From positions 32,001 through 96,000 of the forward strand of contig CBDESZ010000034.1 of NCBI GenBank assembly GCA_965242725.1: DNA of 64,000 nt, read 5' to 3'. The position numbers and the translations under genes are program-made. Source of the stretch: Alkalispirochaeta sp. Lineage in GTDB: Bacteria; Spirochaetota; Spirochaetia; DSM-27196; Alkalispirochaetaceae. The notes under the pieces were generated by a model. The model did not search any database. It worked only from the letters and a program-made list of their open reading frames with translations, and had not been told where the DNA came from. Shown piece after piece: positions 1 to 8,823 of the stretch (positions within the stretch are counted from its first letter, which is position 1; the number at the start of each line of letters is the position of its first letter).

Positions 1-744
1 AAGGATCACCATGGCAAAGCCCGTTTGCAGCCAGATCATGATCACGATGAGGAAAAAATTGTTCCACGGCTCTATACGCAGCCATCCGACGGGATCGCCG
101 CCAAGACCGACGACTATGGCGTTCAAGAGACCGATCTGCTGTCCGTAGGTTGCGTAGTAATAGACAAACCGCCAGATGACCGACGCACCGACGAAGGATA
201 TTGCCATCGGCAGAAACACGAGAGACTTGGCATACTTCTCCCATTTCACCCGGTCAACGAGCACCGCGATAACGAGACCGAAGGATACCGAGAAAAGGGG
301 AACAAATATGAGCCAGAGAATATTGTTCCGAATTGCGATGAGGAGCGCCGGATCCTGAAACGCGGCGACATAGTTCTGCAACCCGAAGTTTGTAGGGGAA
401 CCGCCGCGGGTATAGTCGAAGAAACTCACCCCTACGGTGCGTACCGTGGGATAGATGATGTAGACCAGAAGGATGAGAAATGCGGGGATGATAAATACGT
501 AGGGTCTCAGAAAGTCGCGGATACGGATGGGTAACTGGTTGACGAGGTTATCCACCGTCAGGTACAACGCCCATATTCCGCCGACACCCACAATCAGCGC
601 CACAATGGCGATAACGAGTCTCGGCGCGTCTCCGGCGCGCATGAAACTGAAACTCCACGCAAATATCACGAAGAGAACCGCCGCAATTGCAAGGGAAATC
701 ACCACTTGCACAGGTCTGTTTTTCACTATACCGGCATCACTCAT
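1..744 (-). CDS. Carbohydrate ABC transporter permease (AglF/MalF-like), runs off window edge
   Basis: Not in the ORF track because it has no stop in the window. Manual translation from ATG 744: MSDAGIVKNRPVQVVISLAI...IRNNILWLIF...KSLVFLPMAISFVGASVIWRFVY...GLLNAI...IWLQTGFAMVIL, typical of CUT1 permeases. It lies downstream of the binding-protein gene. Confidence 0.9.
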   Translation of the reverse strand, partial: MSDAGIVKNRPVQVVISLAIAAVLFVIFAWSFSFMRAGDAPRLVIAIVALIVGVGGIWALYLTVDNLVNQLPIRIRDFLRPYVFIIPAFLILLVYIIYPTVRTVGVSFFDYTRGGSPTNFGLQNYVAAFQDPALLIAIRNNILWLIFVPLFSVSFGLVIAVLVDRVKWEKYAKSLVFLPMAISFVGASVIWRFVYYYATYGQQIGLLNAIVVGLGGDPVGWLRIEPWNNFFLIVIMIWLQTGFAMVIL

Positions 745-775
745 AACACCCCCGAAGGAAAATTCATACAAGAAA

Positions 776-801
776 GGCAGGGAGGCGAAAGCCCCCCTGC
801 C
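776..801 (-). terminator. GC-rich stem-loop between binding protein and permease (mRNA stabiliser or partial terminator)
   Basis: Minus strand GGCAGGGGGGC-TTTC-GCCTCCCTGCC followed by TTTCTT. Confidence 0.6.
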
Positions 802-821
802 GAAGGGTTATACACACCCGA

Positions 822-2171
822 TTAGGGCCAGCTGTTATCGATGTTCTGCAGAAGGTTGTCCAAATCTGCGTCTTCGTCGTTCACATAGGCGGTAATTTCC
901 GTCCAGAACGTACCTGCACCGACGGGGCCGGGCATCAAGTCGGAGGCATCAAACCTGAAGGTCGTCGCATTCTGGAGAATCTCCGCGATACCGCGATCGG
1001 TAACGGTCGGATACCAGTCGAGGGGCACGTCGTTGTGCGGTGCGACAAAGCCGCCTGATTCCAGCCATGCCTTGGTGGAAAGGCCTGTTGCGAGGTAGCG
1101 CATCGTCGCGCGTACTTCAGGGCGATCCTGCATCGGGCTGAAGAGGTCCCCGGCACCGAGAACCGGATTACCCAGAGACTCGTCGATGGGCGGTAGATAG
1201 AAGAATCCGATTGTGTCGCCCACTTCAGCGCCCTCTTCAGGGAAGAATGCGGTAATAAAGGACGCCTGGCGATGCATGAGCGCCGCAGGAGGATCCGCCG
1301 TCATCGGCGTGGGTGCGTCACCGAATGGTGTAAGCACGATACCTTCCCGGCCACCAAGTACATAGTCTTCGTTGAACCAGATCTCCGTCAGATAATCGAG
1401 AGCCTCCCGGAACTCGGGACTGTCAAATTTGACCTCTCCCGCAACCCATCGGTCATATACTTCCGGGGGATGAATGCGAAGCATGATGTCTTCGATCCAG
1501 TCCGTGGCTACCCATCCCGTTGCACCGGAGCTCTCAATACCGATCGTCCATGGGGTGTGCCCGTCGGCGACCATCTGATCGCTCAGCGCGAGCATTTCAT
1601 CCCACGTCTCGGGGATTTCGTAACCCTCTTCTTCAAAAACGGGAATATTGTACCAGACAAGGCTCTTCACGCTGGCGCGATACCAGACTCCCGCCTGGAT
1701 GTCGCCGATATCGGCAAGTTCAATCCACGCGTCGTTGTACTGTTCCTGGAGATAATCCATACCAAGCCAGTCCGCAACGTCATAGATATAGTCGCCGTTC
1801 ACGAGATCCGCCGCAAGTCCGGGCTGGGGAAAGACCGCGATGTCCGGGGGACTGCCGCCCTCGGCACGGACGGTAATCAGTGTTTCAAAGTCGCCGCTTC
1901 CCTCATACACAATGTCTATGCCCGTCGCTTCTTCAAAGGGAATCATCGACTCATTGAAGCGTCGCGCGTCCTCGTCGACAAAGGCACCGAAGATATTCAC
2001 CGTCGTTCCCGACAGGTCCTCACCTTCGGTATAGGGGTTATCGGTATAATCGACACCCGATTCTTCCGCCATTGCAGTCTCACTCTCCTCGCCGTCACCC
2101 TGACCGCCACATGCGATCAAGACCAGGGCAAGAAGGGAAACCAGAAAAAGCAATAGTAGCTTTCGAAACAT
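822..2171 (-). CDS. Sugar ABC transporter substrate-binding lipoprotein (AglE-like, alpha-glucoside type)
   Basis: GGAGG RBS before ATG 2171; lipobox LIA-C; motifs PPDIAVFPQPG, KSLVWYN, GWVATDWIED, FRFDASDLMP. Confidence 0.9.
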   Translation of the reverse strand: MFRKLLLLFLVSLLALVLIACGGQGDGEESETAMAEESGVDYTDNPYTEGEDLSGTTVNIFGAFVDEDARRFNESMIPFEEATGIDIVYEGSGDFETLITVRAEGGSPPDIAVFPQPGLAADLVNGDYIYDVADWLGMDYLQEQYNDAWIELADIGDIQAGVWYRASVKSLVWYNIPVFEEEGYEIPETWDEMLALSDQMVADGHTPWTIGIESSGATGWVATDWIEDIMLRIHPPEVYDRWVAGEVKFDSPEFREALDYLTEIWFNEDYVLGGREGIVLTPFGDAPTPMTADPPAALMHRQASFITAFFPEEGAEVGDTIGFFYLPPIDESLGNPVLGAGDLFSPMQDRPEVRATMRYLATGLSTKAWLESGGFVAPHNDVPLDWYPTVTDRGIAEILQNATTFRFDASDLMPGPVGAGTFWTEITAYVNDEDADLDNLLQNIDNSWP

Positions 2172-2202
2172 AGTTCCTCCTCTTTTTTGGTCGAACAGTC
2201 TA

Positions 2203-2227
2203 TTAGTTGTATTGCACAACCAACTAA
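2203..2227. promoter_or_regulatory. ROK/XylR-type operator (25-bp imperfect palindrome)
   Basis: TTAGTTGTATTGCACAACCAACTAA, directly downstream of the ABC promoter -10 box. Confidence 0.75.
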
Positions 2228-2256
2228 ACAGTAGCATGAGAAATTTCCACTGTCAA
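2228..2256 (-). promoter_or_regulatory. sigma70 promoter of ABC operon
   Basis: TTGACA-17 nt-TACTGT on minus strand. Confidence 0.7.
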
Positions 2257-2316
2257 ACAAAAATTGTCCCGACGATTTCCCCTGGAGGTGGGGCACCGAC
2301 GCGGTTGGATATCTTT

Positions 2317-2364
2317 TTGACAGGAATGAACAGTCGGTGTAGATTGGTTGTAGCAACCAACTTT
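2317..2364 (+). promoter_or_regulatory. sigma70 promoter of ROK gene with overlapping second operator
   Basis: TTGACA(2317)-17 nt-TAGATT(2340), overlapped by TTGGTTG-TAG-CAACCAA, which shares CAACCAACT with operator 1. Confidence 0.65.
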
Positions 2365-3546
2365 ATGGCAAACTACATTAGTGAAGTAAACATTACGAGG
2401 GTTCTTCGCACCGTATACCTGAATCACGGGTTAAGCCGGGTAGAAATATCTAAACGACTGGGTCTCAACAAGTCAACCGTTTCAAAGATCGTCGGCTATC
2501 TCGAGGAAATCGGCATCGTGGAAACCGCGTCCGTCGGCGACGCAGGACCTACCGGCGGCCGGCGACCGATACAGCTCCAGATACGTTCCAATTGGGGCTG
2601 TATTATGGGGGTTGAAATCCAGACGGAGGCGTTTACCGTTGTCGGCATCAATCTGCACGGCGATGTTTTCTTTTCCCATACCGAGATGCTGGATCTCAGG
2701 GGGAAGGACGTAGTTGAGGTTTTTGTGGAGATCGTCCGCCGCTTTCTCCCCAGCCTGGAGAACACGGGGATGCCCCTCATCGGTATCGGTGTTTCCCTTC
2801 CCGGTTTCGTCGATCCCGAACGTGGCGTCCTGCGCGCCTCCCGTCCTCTGGAAGTGTACCGGGAAGTCTCATTCGTGGTGAACGCACGGGCGCGCCTGGG
2901 TCTTTCCATCCCCATACTCATAGACAACGACGCCAACTGCGGGTGCTGGGGTGAACTTGCTTTTAAGCACAGCGATCGACCGCAAAACTTCCTCTTCGTC
3001 CTCGGCGAACTTCGAAAACATACGATCGAAATGGACGACTATCGGATCATGGCGGTAGGACTCGGTCTCGTTCTGAATGGAAGCGTTCATCATGGACACG
3101 AGTTTTCTGCCGGCGAGTTTCGCAGCATCAACTACAGCCCCGGCACGGTCAATCAGTTTGCGGTAACCGACGATGAGGCACGGGAGTTTTTACAGAACCC
3201 GAAAGTTGACACCATTATCATCGATCAGCTCGCCCGCCACATCGCTTTTCTCGTCAATGTATTGAATCTGGCCAAAGTAGTTATCGGCGGACCGATGGAA
3301 GTGCTCGCGGACGAACTGACCGAGGCAATACAGCACCACATCCGGGTAAACTGGGCGTACCCCAATCCCGTAAAATGCCAGGTTGCCGTGTCACGCCTGG
3401 GGGAGCAGGCGGCAGCGTACGGAGCGGCGGGAATGTTCCTGGAACATCTCATTGAAGTTCCACGGGTCGACGCCCACGGGGGCAACGGTATACGCCGATT
3501 CGGCATTGATCTGCTGGAAGGTCTGATGCCGAGACTGCAGGAATAG
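2365..3546 (+). CDS. ROK family transcriptional regulator (XylR/NagC-like)
   Basis: N-terminal wHTH (LSRVEISKRLGLNKSTVSKIV), GGRRP motif, IGIGVSLPG, DNDAN, AGEF; divergent from the ABC operon. Start uncertain (2326 or 2365). Confidence 0.9.
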   Translation: MANYISEVNITRVLRTVYLNHGLSRVEISKRLGLNKSTVSKIVGYLEEIGIVETASVGDAGPTGGRRPIQLQIRSNWGCIMGVEIQTEAFTVVGINLHGDVFFSHTEMLDLRGKDVVEVFVEIVRRFLPSLENTGMPLIGIGVSLPGFVDPERGVLRASRPLEVYREVSFVVNARARLGLSIPILIDNDANCGCWGELAFKHSDRPQNFLFVLGELRKHTIEMDDYRIMAVGLGLVLNGSVHHGHEFSAGEFRSINYSPGTVNQFAVTDDEAREFLQNPKVDTIIIDQLARHIAFLVNVLNLAKVVIGGPMEVLADELTEAIQHHIRVNWAYPNPVKCQVAVSRLGEQAAAYGAAGMFLEHLIEVPRVDAHGGNGIRRFGIDLLEGLMPRLQE

Positions 3547-3597
3547 CCGACGGAGACGGCCTCGGCGAGGCGTGTCACACTCCACCATTTCCGAAAA

Positions 3598-5124
3598 TCA
3601 GCGGGCGCTTCTGCGCAGGATCTCTTCAACGACCGATCTGTGCGCCGGATTTCCAAGCGTCGTGGTGGGAGGAGTGAAATTGACGGGCCGGGCGTACAAC
3701 GGCGTGCTTCCGCCCTGGGTATAGACAACTTCCCATTCGGCGTGACCATCGTCGACGAGAGCAGGGACGCCTATGAGCCCCCGTTTCACCTTGAGTTCGA
3801 GAATTCGGCGAACAGAGCGATCGATGCGTTCCATTGAAACACGCCCTTCGCGGATCGCATTGAGCAGCGATGCATGGGCGCCCCTGGCGTTTTCCGGCCG
3901 CAACAGGACGTCCGCTCCCGCTTCTACCGCCCGGAGAGGAACCTCTCCGGGTTCATAGTACAGCGTCAGCGCCGCCATATTGAGCGCATCCGTAATGATA
4001 AGCCCGTCAAACCCAAGTTCCTCCCGCAGAAGGACGTCCGTCAGAAGGGGACTGAGCGACGCCGGCGTATAGTCTCCCGTTACGGCGGGAACGCTTATGT
4101 GCCCGATAAGGACCGCATCACTTCCGGCGGCTATTCCCCTTTGAAATGGAATAAACTCCACCGCCCGGAGGCGATCTATGTCATGGGGAAAGACCGCCAT
4201 TTCAACGTGCGAATCTTCCACCGTGTCGCCGTGACCGGGAAAGTGCTTTAACGCCGCGCTTACTCCGCCGTTCTGCAGCCCCCTCACCGTCGATTCAACC
4301 ATGGCCGAGACCGTCTCAACGTCGGAACCGAATGCCCGGGTGCCGATGACGGGGTTCCCGGGATTCGTCAGGATATCGGCGACAGGGGCGAGGTTCATGG
4401 TAATTCCGAGGCTGCGAAGCTCCCGCGCCATGACGCCCGCAAGCTCATAGGCGAGATCGGGATCTCCGACGCGGCCGACCCGGGAAGCCGCGGGTATGTG
4501 CGTCGCCGGCATCTCTTCAGTCGGGACGATGCGCCTGACAACGCCTCCTTCCTGATCGACACTCACGATGAGGGGTAATTCCGAAGCTTCCTGCATCGCT
4601 TCGATAAGTGTTCTGACCTGATCGGGCGATGCGATGTTTTCAGCGAAGAGAAGAAACCCGCCGGGCGTGACATCGACGAGGAGACGTCTCAGCTCTTCAT
4701 TGAAGTCCGTTACCGCCGCACCATTCCCGTCGACAAGGAGAGCCGGCATAATCATCTGACCGACCTTTTCTTCGGTGGTCATATCCGCCATGATTGTCCC
4801 CACCGTAACCTTCCGGAGCTCCTCCGGCGAAACTGCCCGCCCCGGCTGGAGGGGGTCCAGTGACGCGATCCTGTCACCGTCTTCCGCGAAATCGTCCTCC
4901 CCCATCGGGGGGGAATTCTCATCCTGATCGACAGGCGGGGTCGTCGGTTCAGTTCCGGATGAATCGAAACGATTCCGACCCTGTTGATCCACCGGATGAA
5001 CCGGTTGTTCCGGAGGCGACGGCGATGAGGGGGATGCGCAACCCGAAAGGAACACGAGCATTCCGCCGCAGAAAATAAGGGACACTATTAATTTTCGAAT
5101 ACTCTTGTATCCTTTTTTATACAT
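3598..5124 (-). CDS. Glycoside hydrolase family 3 (NagZ-like beta-N-acetylhexosaminidase), lipoprotein
   Basis: VDQEGG, KHFPGHGDTVEDSH, ITDAL nucleophile; lipobox LSG-C followed by a Pro/Ser-rich linker. Confidence 0.88.
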   Translation of the reverse strand: MYKKGYKSIRKLIVSLIFCGGMLVFLSGCASPSSPSPPEQPVHPVDQQGRNRFDSSGTEPTTPPVDQDENSPPMGEDDFAEDGDRIASLDPLQPGRAVSPEELRKVTVGTIMADMTTEEKVGQMIMPALLVDGNGAAVTDFNEELRRLLVDVTPGGFLLFAENIASPDQVRTLIEAMQEASELPLIVSVDQEGGVVRRIVPTEEMPATHIPAASRVGRVGDPDLAYELAGVMARELRSLGITMNLAPVADILTNPGNPVIGTRAFGSDVETVSAMVESTVRGLQNGGVSAALKHFPGHGDTVEDSHVEMAVFPHDIDRLRAVEFIPFQRGIAAGSDAVLIGHISVPAVTGDYTPASLSPLLTDVLLREELGFDGLIITDALNMAALTLYYEPGEVPLRAVEAGADVLLRPENARGAHASLLNAIREGRVSMERIDRSVRRILELKVKRGLIGVPALVDDGHAEWEVVYTQGGSTPLYARPVNFTPPTTTLGNPAHRSVVEEILRRSAR

Positions 5125-5215
5125 TTACCGTCCCCACGATTTTCGCAGTCGGGAAGTTTCGTATTAATTCTTTATAATAATGAGAGTTATGCATCCCATA
5201 AATATCTCCGTCGCA

Positions 5216-5231
5216 TGGCATGGAAATTGCA
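5216..5231 (+). promoter_or_regulatory. sigma54 (-24/-12) promoter
   Basis: TGGCATGGAAATTGCA matches TGGCACG-N4-TTGCW with exact GG-N10-GC spacing, in an AT-rich intergenic region. Confidence 0.65.
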
Positions 5232-5243
5232 AGTAAATAACCG

Positions 5244-5858
5244 ATGGAACAAGTTCTACTGCGACAGTTAACACGCGACGTTACACGTGACATACAGACA
5301 GAATTAATAAGGAAATCCATTCATCTTTCAATAGCACTGGTGCCCGGGGTTGCGCAATTAATCGGCACTCCCGTTACACTGGCTCTTCTGTCTCTCGGTA
5401 CGTTACTGTATACCTACACGGAGGTCCAGAGAAACGCGGGAAATCGCGTGCCCGTTATCTCCAGAATAACAGAAATGGCGTCGCGGCAACGGGACTTGAA
5501 CCGGTTTGTCCTTGGACCGGTGACGCTTGGTATCGGCGCGATGCTCGCCCTCCTCCTGTACCCCGACCCTGCGGCGAGCATCGCCATTTATGCCCTTGCC
5601 TTCGGCGACGGATTCGCAAGTCTCGTCGGTCGGATAGTGGGATCAATACGCGTTCCCGCGACAGGCGGCAAGACTGTTGAGGGCAGTGTGGCGTGCGCCG
5701 CCGCCGTTGCAGTCAGCACGTACACAATCGTGCCGTCCCCCGCCGTGATCGCGACCGCGGCAATTTCAGCAACCCTGCTGGAAGTCCTTCCCAGCGGTGA
5801 CGCAGACAATCTGATTCTTCCGGTGGGAGTCGGCCTCGCCGTCTCGTTCCTCGTCTGA
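5244..5858 (+). CDS. Polyprenol/phytol/dolichol kinase-like CTP-dependent membrane protein
   Basis: RKSIH, GDGFASLVG, KTVEGS, DNLILP motifs; multi-TM. Confidence 0.85.
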   Translation: MEQVLLRQLTRDVTRDIQTELIRKSIHLSIALVPGVAQLIGTPVTLALLSLGTLLYTYTEVQRNAGNRVPVISRITEMASRQRDLNRFVLGPVTLGIGAMLALLLYPDPAASIAIYALAFGDGFASLVGRIVGSIRVPATGGKTVEGSVACAAAVAVSTYTIVPSPAVIATAAISATLLEVLPSGDADNLILPVGVGLAVSFLV

Positions 5859-5905
5859 CACTCCCGTCCCGGTACTTGTTCGGTCCGGCGGCAATCGGAA
5901 CGTAT

Positions 5906-6688
5906 TCAGGAGACGAGAAAATCCCTGTAGTACTGCCCGGTAAAGACCACACCTCCGAATATCACCGCGCCGATACCGACAATGATCCACAGGGGATCAA
6001 CAAGAAAAAAGAGCAGCTCCCGACCAGCCGCAAGAAGAACCACGGACAACGCGGTCACCAGCATACGGGGATTGCGATTGCTGATGGAAGCCTGAATAAA
6101 ATTCAACACCGCCAGAACCTGAATCACAATCAGCGACGCCTGAAACGATTCGCGCACACCTGCAGGGTATACCAGATTGTCCGGGAGGAATGTGGTATCC
6201 ACCGGGAGGGACCAACTGAGACTGAAGGCGATGAGCAGACCTACAAAGACCACCGTACCGTGACGTTGCATTCGTATCCCCCCGGCGTATAAACCCGCCG
6301 CAAAAAGGGAAAGCACTCCCACTACATGGGCGAAAATAGATACCCGCCCCAGAATCAGCGAGAGATGTTGAGAACTGCCCGACGCGACAACAATCTGGGC
6401 CAGCTTCGTCGCATCCAGGGTCATGGACAGAAAAAAAAGGGTCATGAAGAATACCGGGATCGATGGACTGCGACGAAACAACCGGCTGTAGGTCCCGGCA
6501 AAAAGAAAACCCAGCACCATTGATGCAGCGGCCCCTGCAATCGCAAACAGATGGGTGAGGCGTATGTCGTGTATTCCCTCACCGCCGGACCGATTCCACG
6601 AGAAAAAGAGATATCCCACTGTCAATGCACTGGCGACACACAAAGCAAGGCCGCTTCGTACGGTGATATTTCGCCCGGTTAAGGTCAT
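5906..6688 (-). CDS. Hypothetical polytopic membrane protein
   Basis: About 8 hydrophobic segments; start chosen at ATG 6688, preceded by TATAGT. Confidence 0.75.
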   Translation of the reverse strand: MTLTGRNITVRSGLALCVASALTVGYLFFSWNRSGGEGIHDIRLTHLFAIAGAAASMVLGFLFAGTYSRLFRRSPSIPVFFMTLFFLSMTLDATKLAQIVVASGSSQHLSLILGRVSIFAHVVGVLSLFAAGLYAGGIRMQRHGTVVFVGLLIAFSLSWSLPVDTTFLPDNLVYPAGVRESFQASLIVIQVLAVLNFIQASISNRNPRMLVTALSVVLLAAGRELLFFLVDPLWIIVGIGAVIFGGVVFTGQYYRDFLVS

Positions 6689-6768
6689 CCCTTCCACTAT
6701 ACCGGTTTTTGGAAAATACTTCAGCACACCCGCCAATTGGACGATACAATAGAAAGAGGAAAGGACCC

Positions 6769-7467
6769 ATGGTGCACAAGAAGACACATCTCGTCGTAGT
6801 GACAATATTTCTTGCGATTACCGGTGTCACGTTTGCCGGTGACGCTGCCCGATTTGTGAATCTCGGGTTTTCCCGGGACTCCCGGGTATTTGTATTTGGC
6901 CAATACGGCATTACCTACGAGGAAAACCTTCCATTTGCGGAAATCTTTGCCGTCGACGTACCGAGAAACGTCTTTGTCCAGGATGGAGTCTTTTCCAGGA
7001 CATTCCAGACGACGATCGGTCCCGGACAGGACGGAATCGGCGCGCTCTACAATCTCCTTCCCGATGCGGAGAAGGTTATTCAACGATATGGCGTGGATCA
7101 CCTCAACCAGGGTCGATTGATTTACCTTCTCGTGAATGGGGCGGCGGTCCGGGAACAAATTGAGTTTCGTGATTTTGAAACCGGTAACTCCTACACAATC
7201 AAACTCGTTCAGAGCCGTCGGACCAACGGAGAACACGTCCAGGCCGCTTTCTATCTCGACGTGACGACCCGCCTCGCCGACGGCTCGGTCGTCAACCATC
7301 GCGTAGGTCGTCCCGACTATTTCCGCGACGATATCGACCGCTACCGAATAAAACAGATTGTCGCCAGTCCGAATGAGCGTTCCGTCGTGGCGGTGATTGA
7401 GCGCATTCGGGAAACGGGTGAAGGAATGCGCATCCGCTACATGGTTGAAACCGTTCAGCTTCGGTAA
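6769..7467 (+). CDS. DUF2259-family secreted protein
   Basis: Signal peptide, then AGDAARFVNLGFSRDSRVFVFGQYG as in DUF2259; AGGA RBS. Confidence 0.75.
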   Translation: MVHKKTHLVVVTIFLAITGVTFAGDAARFVNLGFSRDSRVFVFGQYGITYEENLPFAEIFAVDVPRNVFVQDGVFSRTFQTTIGPGQDGIGALYNLLPDAEKVIQRYGVDHLNQGRLIYLLVNGAAVREQIEFRDFETGNSYTIKLVQSRRTNGEHVQAAFYLDVTTRLADGSVVNHRVGRPDYFRDDIDRYRIKQIVASPNERSVVAVIERIRETGEGMRIRYMVETVQLR

Positions 7468-7472
7468 GTCGC

Positions 7473-8773
7473 TACTGTCCACAACCGTGCGGATGGCAAC
7501 GTCCTATTCCATGCAGTAACCGGGAGTTAATCGTCCGTTGATGCGATTCTCCCGCTCCGGCGTCCCCATCATCCCCATCCATACCACCCGAAGCGTGTGA
7601 TTCAATCTGCTTCGGGTGAGAAATGTTCGGCGTGTCAGCATCCTCCGGCGCACCCGCCGCAGTCGATCACTCCCGATTCCTGCCGCCTCGCCGTGACGCA
7701 GTACATTCCGCGGTGAGATTCGGTACTCCTTGTCCACGTTGTGCCACACCAGGTAGATCCACATCCGGGCGGTGCTCAGCGCCGCATTCCGGGCAAAACA
7801 GACCGTCTCCCGGTGGTGCTCGGCCAGATCCTTCCGGATCTCCCGATCAAGATAGTTCACCGCGAACAGGGGATTGGTCGCAGTTCGCGGTCGTCTCGAG
7901 GAAATCGTCATCTGGCGAATCCCGTCCGACTGCCACTGGCGAAGACACCGCTGGTAGGTCGGGTGTTCGTCACTGCGAAGAATCCGTCTCTCCGGTACCA
8001 CAGGGTGCCAGACCCGCACTGCCTCATGGATGAGTTCATGAAACGATCGGGCAAGTGCCCCGGGGTCAGGCGGTTCATGCACCTCGATGAGCGCCCGTTT
8101 CCGCCGTTGCCGCGCGGTCATCCTCCCGCTTCGCCGCAGGGTAACTGACGTCATTGCAAAGAGATATTGCGAGTCGGCTCCGGCAAGGAGGTTGAAGGAA
8201 TTCGGATGGTACTGGCTGACCCAGAAGCTCTGAAAGCCGTCAACCACGAGGTCTTCGGCGGGAACGACGTCCTCGGTAAGCGCTCCGTGGACGGCGATAC
8301 TCTGGCGGGCAAGCATCATGATCCGGTGGGTGATGGTGGTGGGAGAGACGAACAACTGCCGGGCGGCGGCACGGATGGAACAGCCGCTGACCAGCAGATT
8401 CCGCAGCCGGGAGAGGCTGATGTGCTTTTTGGTGAAGTACTCGAGGGAGAAGGTTGATGCACTGAAGTGACGTCCGCAGGTAGTACAGCGAAAGCGTTGA
8501 ACGATCCCGAGCCGCCGGGAGCGATAGGTTCCGTCACGAATCCACCATGCAGATGGGAGAGACGGGTCGGGAAGGAGGGGATGTACGGAAGCGCCGCGCC
8601 AGTGTTCGGCGCAGCGGGGATTCGGACAGAATGGAGGGTGGTCCATGGGCAGCTCCTGTACTGGGGGAGATTCCGAAACGGCAAACGGCGGTTCGGTCCC
8701 CTGACAGATACAGTGGATTTCTATCTTTCTGCTTCAGAAGTGACGATCTTCATCCGCACGGTTGTGGACAGTA
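7473..8773 (-). mobile_element. Insertion sequence, IS1-like, about 1.3 kb, with perfect terminal inverted repeats
   Basis: TACTGTCCACAACCGTGCGGATG (7473-7495) and its exact reverse complement CATCCGCACGGTTGTGGACAGTA (8751-8773) enclose a single transposase-like ORF. Confidence 0.9.
7504..8646 (-). CDS. Transposase, IS1-like (Zn finger + HTH + DDE-type domain in one ORF)
   Basis: CPNPRC...QRFRCTTC Zn ribbon; [42 protein letters not shown] (IS1 InsB-like C-terminal motif). Confidence 0.82.
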   Translation of the reverse strand: MDHPPFCPNPRCAEHWRGASVHPLLPDPSLPSAWWIRDGTYRSRRLGIVQRFRCTTCGRHFSASTFSLEYFTKKHISLSRLRNLLVSGCSIRAAARQLFVSPTTITHRIMMLARQSIAVHGALTEDVVPAEDLVVDGFQSFWVSQYHPNSFNLLAGADSQYLFAMTSVTLRRSGRMTARQRRKRALIEVHEPPDPGALARSFHELIHEAVRVWHPVVPERRILRSDEHPTYQRCLRQWQSDGIRQMTISSRRPRTATNPLFAVNYLDREIRKDLAEHHRETVCFARNAALSTARMWIYLVWHNVDKEYRISPRNVLRHGEAAGIGSDRLRRVRRRMLTRRTFLTRSRLNHTLRVVWMGMMGTPERENRINGRLTPGYCME

Positions 8774-8781
8774 AACAAAAC

Positions 8782-8810
8782 TTGACCTCCAGGCATTTTG
8801 CCCATAAACT
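8782..8810 (+). promoter_or_regulatory. sigma70 promoter of proS
   Basis: TTGACC-17 nt-TAAACT. Confidence 0.6.
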
Positions 8811-8823
8811 CCAGCAGAATATT

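Noticed and set aside
8467..8823. N-terminal extension of ProRS into the IS
   Set aside because: Homology starts at MAERITP (8824), and a promoter lies at 8782-8810. The upstream frame is open by chance.
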